A stretch of DNA of 24,000 bases from an uncultured Planctomycetaceae bacterium (GTDB lineage: Bacteria > Planctomycetota > Phycisphaerae > SM23-33). The stretch spans positions 1 through 24,000 of the forward strand of contig CAYMSH010000027.1 in the NCBI GenBank assembly GCA_964392945.1, in the 5' to 3' direction. The notes under the pieces were generated by a model, which saw only the letters and a program-made list of their open reading frames with translations, ran no database searches and was not told the origin of the DNA. This document shows, one piece after another, positions 20,793-24,000 of the stretch. How positions within the stretch are numbered: the stretch's first letter is position 1; every line of letters begins with the position of its first letter. The position numbers and the translations under genes were made by a program.

Positions 20793-23700
20793 CTACTTCC
20801 CGCTGGACGCGATTTTCCCTTCCAGCGGCGGGAGTCGGAATTCCGGATCGTCTTTGTACTTCAGTTGCTTCTTGCCGCGATAGGTTCCGTAATATGGCGC
20901 GTTGGCGTCGATCCAGGTTACTATCCTGACGAACTCGGCCTGGGTGAGTTTGGCTTTGCAGGGGGCTTTTCGGATTCGCCCGACGAGGCTGCTGCGATGC
21001 GAACCGCGCGTCAGCGGAGCGGCCGGTCGGAAACCGGCGCGCCCGTAGCGGCAGTCGGCGTAGCTGATCAGCCCCTTGCCGATTATGTTCTCGTAGGAAC
21101 GATTCCACATGCCCGTCAGTTCGCCTGTCAGCACGAGATTGCCTTTGGGATTCTTCTCGCCATGGCAGCCGACGCAATGCTTGTCGAGAATGGGTTGAAT
21201 GTCTGAAGCGTAGTGGACCATTCGCGGGCCGGTCTCGCCGGGTTGGGGCTTAAGGCTCTGCGGAGCGTGCTTTATCGCCGTGGGCCTGGTCTTCAGGTTC
21301 GGGGCGTTCTTGCGCAACTCGTGACATCCGATGCACGACCTGCTCTCGCCGGGCATGAGGTTTATCAGCGTGGGCATCTGCTGCAAGGCCATGTAGTTCT
21401 CGTCCAGCGCGTGGAAGAATACGTTTTCCTCGGCCGGTACTTTGAACAACGCCGAACCGTCTTCGTGGACATTCACCACGCCGTAGACCTTCTTGCGATG
21501 CACATCGACATTCATGCCGACAACGTTCATTCCGTGTGCGCCCCAAGGGTACTCCAGAACTCCCATAACTCGCAGGTATTTAACTCTTCCGCGCTTGATG
21601 CCGGTCATGCCGCGGTAGATGTCCTGCAGGAACAGTGTGCCGGTCTGCTCTTTCTTTACGCCGGCCAGTTCGACAGGGGCCAGTTGCAGCGGCTTGCGTC
21701 GCGGACGGAGCGGGATCGGCTCGAGGCACGACAGCTCCGGATCGGAAATGATCTCCGCACGATTGCCCCATGCGTCCAGCGCGTATATCCCATACTCGGA
21801 TCCGCGAGGTTTCTTCTTGGGCTTGGCGCCGGTCTTGCTCGCCGGTTTCGGGCCGGTCTTGTGGGCCGCCAGGAAGAACTTCTCCGAGAATGGATACGGG
21901 TCCATGAAGAAGCCGAACTTGTGTATCGGGTGTCCCATGCAGGGGTACCCGATCTCGGGAGTCAGGCTGTCCATGGCTTTGGTTCCTCGCTTGCCCAGGC
22001 GGGTGTCCAGCAGGATGATCGGACCGACGGCCGTGTTGTGGTGCGTTCCGCCGGTGGTGATGAGCTTCGGGCTTCCGGGAATGCTGCGGACATTGCTCAT
22101 GCCCGCGGGTCGAACGGTGTTGTTCTTGAACACGTGGTCGTTGCCCGTGCCGTCGGGGCGGATCGACCAGAGGCCCTGTCCGTTGCCCAGGCCCTTGTCT
22201 ACGTACTCCCATCGCGTGTAGGCGATGCGACCGTCGTGGAGAATCGAAGGAGCCGTTTCGTTGATCGGGCTGGCCGATATGCAGCGAACGTTCTTCCCGT
22301 CGGCGTCCATAACGTACAGCGTAGTAACCGTGGACCCCGCGCAGAAGACGTTCCGCTGGCTGCGCGTTGAGGCGAACACGATCTTACCGTCGGGCAGATA
22401 ACACGGGTCCATATCGTCAACACCGCGATCGACGCCGCGCCCCTGCCAGGCGTGACACTTGATCGCCTCGGCCTCGGCCGCGTCGCTGAAAGTAAGCTGC
22501 CTCAGCGAGCCGGGCTTCATCAGGCCGGTCTTCGGGTTGAGCTGGATTTCGTAGATGCGGAAGACCTGGCCTCTCTTGTCCTTCTGGTTCTTGTCTATCT
22601 TCTTCTTGTATCCGAAGACCACTCTGGTGGCGTCCCACGACAAATCGAACCGATCGAACAGCCCGCCTTCGAGCTCGGGAATCAGGGGGGTGACCTTCCC
22701 GCCGGGAGCGACAGGCGACAGCAGGCAGATGTTCCCGCCGGAGCCTGTAGCGTGTTGATCGGTGTAGGTGTGCCCGTATCCGCCGGAGGTGCGTTTCAGG
22801 AACAGCAGCTTATCGAACTTCAGCTCCGGATGCGACGTCATGGCCTCGCGACGCAGTGCGGCCAGCGCTTCGTCGGAATCGGGTTTGGCTTCCAGTGCGC
22901 TCAATCGCTTGAGGTATTGCGGCCCGTCGGGATACCGCGATCCGTAGGTCTTGATCGTATCGGCGATCGCCAGCCTCAGGGCTCCGGTGTTGACCGCGTC
23001 TGCCGGCAGGAACGCAGTTCGCTGCCTGGCGGGCACCGCGTCAAGATTCTTGACCTTGCGGGCGGCGAGCTTCCAGCCCTTCTCGAACGGTTTGGATGAC
23101 TCGATTCGGAATTTCACCAGGTGCGGAAGCGGGCCTTTGCGAGCGAACTTCAGCGTGTGCTTGCCCCTGGTGATCGACAGCTTGACTTCTTGTCCGCGTC
23201 TGTCGGTGATGGGCTCCCAAATCTTGGCGGCGCTGCTGGATTCCCACGAGAAAATGATCGGGTGCTCGTACGGAGCCGATCCGAACGTAACGCCGCGACA
23301 CGCCTTGGCCTGGGGCTTACCGTCAACGTAAACGTCCAGCGGTCTGGCGGCCGCAGCGGCGTACTTTACGTAAATCGCATACTCTGCGGTAGCGGGGAAG
23401 TCGATTTCGTATTCGATCGATCCGCTGTCGGCCTGGTGCGACTCGCTGCCGATCAGCGGGCCGAAGTTGGCGTACAGTTCCGGGCTGGCGAAGATTCTGG
23501 CGTTTCCCCGATCGAACGTCCAGGCGTCGATCTCGAATTGCCCAGCCGGTCTGGGCCTGGCCGCGGGCTTAACCGGAGCCCGCAACGCTACAACGTCTGA
23601 ACCGCTCCTGTTCGTCAGGGCCTTGCGAAAAGCCTCCGGAACGCTTTCGATATCGCGCGCCTTGAACTTTGGCGGACTCCAGTCATCCGGAAATGCCTCG

Positions 23701-24000
23701 GCGGTATTCAAACGCAGCGTCACAAAATGCGGAAGCGGTTTGCTGCGTGCGATCTTGACGGTATGGACGCCCTTCTTTGCGATCTTCAGATTGACGAGCC
23801 TGCGCCATTGATTCTTGAGCCCGTCCCACGTGGCGCCGCTGCTGTTGGACGTAAGTTCGCCGCCTGCTGCGGCGAATGTCACTTCCTCGCAGCACTTGCC
23901 CAGGTTCCGCGAACCGAAGAAGACTTCGACCGGTCTGGCGTCAGCGGCCGCGTACAAGATCTCCAGCGTGTAGTCGCCTTTTACCGGGAAGTTGACGTCA
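20793..24000 (-). CDS. Paralog B2 of the CBM-like / beta-propeller / two-CXXCH protein (5' end beyond the window)
   Basis: The reading frame stays open to position 24000. The codons above the listed Met translate DVNFPVKGDYTLEILYAAA, which aligns with B1 repeat 1 (DVDIPVDGQYTIHILYTAT). CIGCH at 21321-21335, CVGCH at 21162-21176. Collinear with B1 throughout. Confidence 0.8.
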   Translation of the reverse strand, partial: DVNFPVKGDYTLEILYAAADARPVEVFFGSRNLGKCCEEVTFAAAGGELTSNSSGATWDGLKNQWRRLVNLKIAKKGVHTVKIARSKPLPHFVTLRLNTAEAFPDDWSPPKFKARDIESVPEAFRKALTNRSGSDVVALRAPVKPAARPRPAGQFEIDAWTFDRGNARIFASPELYANFGPLIGSESHQADSGSIEYEIDFPATAEYAIYVKYAAAAARPLDVYVDGKPQAKACRGVTFGSAPYEHPIIFSWESSSAAKIWEPITDRRGQEVKLSITRGKHTLKFARKGPLPHLVKFRIESSKPFEKGWKLAARKVKNLDAVPARQRTAFLPADAVNTGALRLAIADTIKTYGSRYPDGPQYLKRLSALEAKPDSDEALAALRREAMTSHPELKFDKLLFLKRTSGGYGHTYTDQHATGSGGNICLLSPVAPGGKVTPLIPELEGGLFDRFDLSWDATRVVFGYKKKIDKNQKDKRGQVFRIYEIQLNPKTGLMKPGSLRQLTFSDAAEAEAIKCHAWQGRGVDRGVDDMDPCYLPDGKIVFASTRSQRNVFCAGSTVTTLYVMDADGKNVRCISASPINETAPSILHDGRIAYTRWEYVDKGLGNGQGLWSIRPDGTGNDHVFKNNTVRPAGMSNVRSIPGSPKLITTGGTHHNTAVGPIILLDTRLGKRGTKAMDSLTPEIGYPCMGHPIHKFGFFMDPYPFSEKFFLAAHKTGPKPASKTGAKPKKKPRGSEYGIYALDAWGNRAEIISDPELSCLEPIPLRPRRKPLQLAPVELAGVKKEQTGTLFLQDIYRGMTGIKRGRVKYLRVMGVLEYPWGAHGMNVVGMNVDVHRKKVYGVVNVHEDGSALFKVPAEENVFFHALDENYMALQQMPTLINLMPGESRSCIGCHELRKNAPNLKTRPTAIKHAPQSLKPQPGETGPRMVHYASDIQPILDKHCVGCHGEKNPKGNLVLTGELTGMWNRSYENIIGKGLISYADCRYGRAGFRPAAPLTRGSHRSSLVGRIRKAPCKAKLTQAEFVRIVTWIDANAPYYGTYRGKKQLKYKDDPEFRLPPLEGKIASSGK

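Noticed and set aside
7559-24000. The duplicated A/F/B block as a mobile element or a recent segmental duplication.
   Set aside because: There is no transposase, integrase or recombinase and no terminal repeats. The copies are strongly diverged at the protein level and differ in gene orientation and in a domain insertion.

Overview
GC-rich, gene-dense bacterial window. The secreted proteins with PSCyt-like CXXCH tails and FGE-like domains suggest a Planctomycetota/PVC-type genome, but that is inference only. It has two parts.
(1) 253-7545 is an RtcR-controlled RNA-repair locus. rtcR (CARF + sigma54 AAA+) is on the plus strand. Divergent from it on the minus strand are rsr (Ro60/TROVE-vWA), an 855-nt non-coding spacer, rtcA, rtcB and kptA. 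The spacer holds four tandem, circularly permuted tRNA-like modules, each with a T arm, a loop-closed acceptor helix and D-arm elements. Each module is enclosed by a long stem that shares a GGCGA-AUGCC / UUG-UCGCC basal motif. I read this as a tandem array of YrlA-type bacterial Y RNAs. tRNA finders would miss them, and the ORF track wrongly absorbs one into rtcA. A good sigma54 -24/-12 element lies upstream of rsr.
(2) 7559-24000 holds two diverged paralogous copies of a three-gene set of signal-peptide proteins. A is a 1100-1300 aa protein with an HEWGH motif, a LamG-like domain, a long coiled coil and a Trp-rich tail. F is an FGE/SUMF1-fold protein lacking the FGE cysteine pair. B is an ~1100 aa protein with two CBM-like repeats, a beta-propeller and a tail with two CXXCH motifs. 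I cannot match this trio to a characterised system. Copy 1 of A is cut from its signal peptide by one in-frame TAG. A GGA-rich repeat tract sits in front of it.
I saw no rRNA, canonical tRNA, CRISPR array or transposase/integrase.
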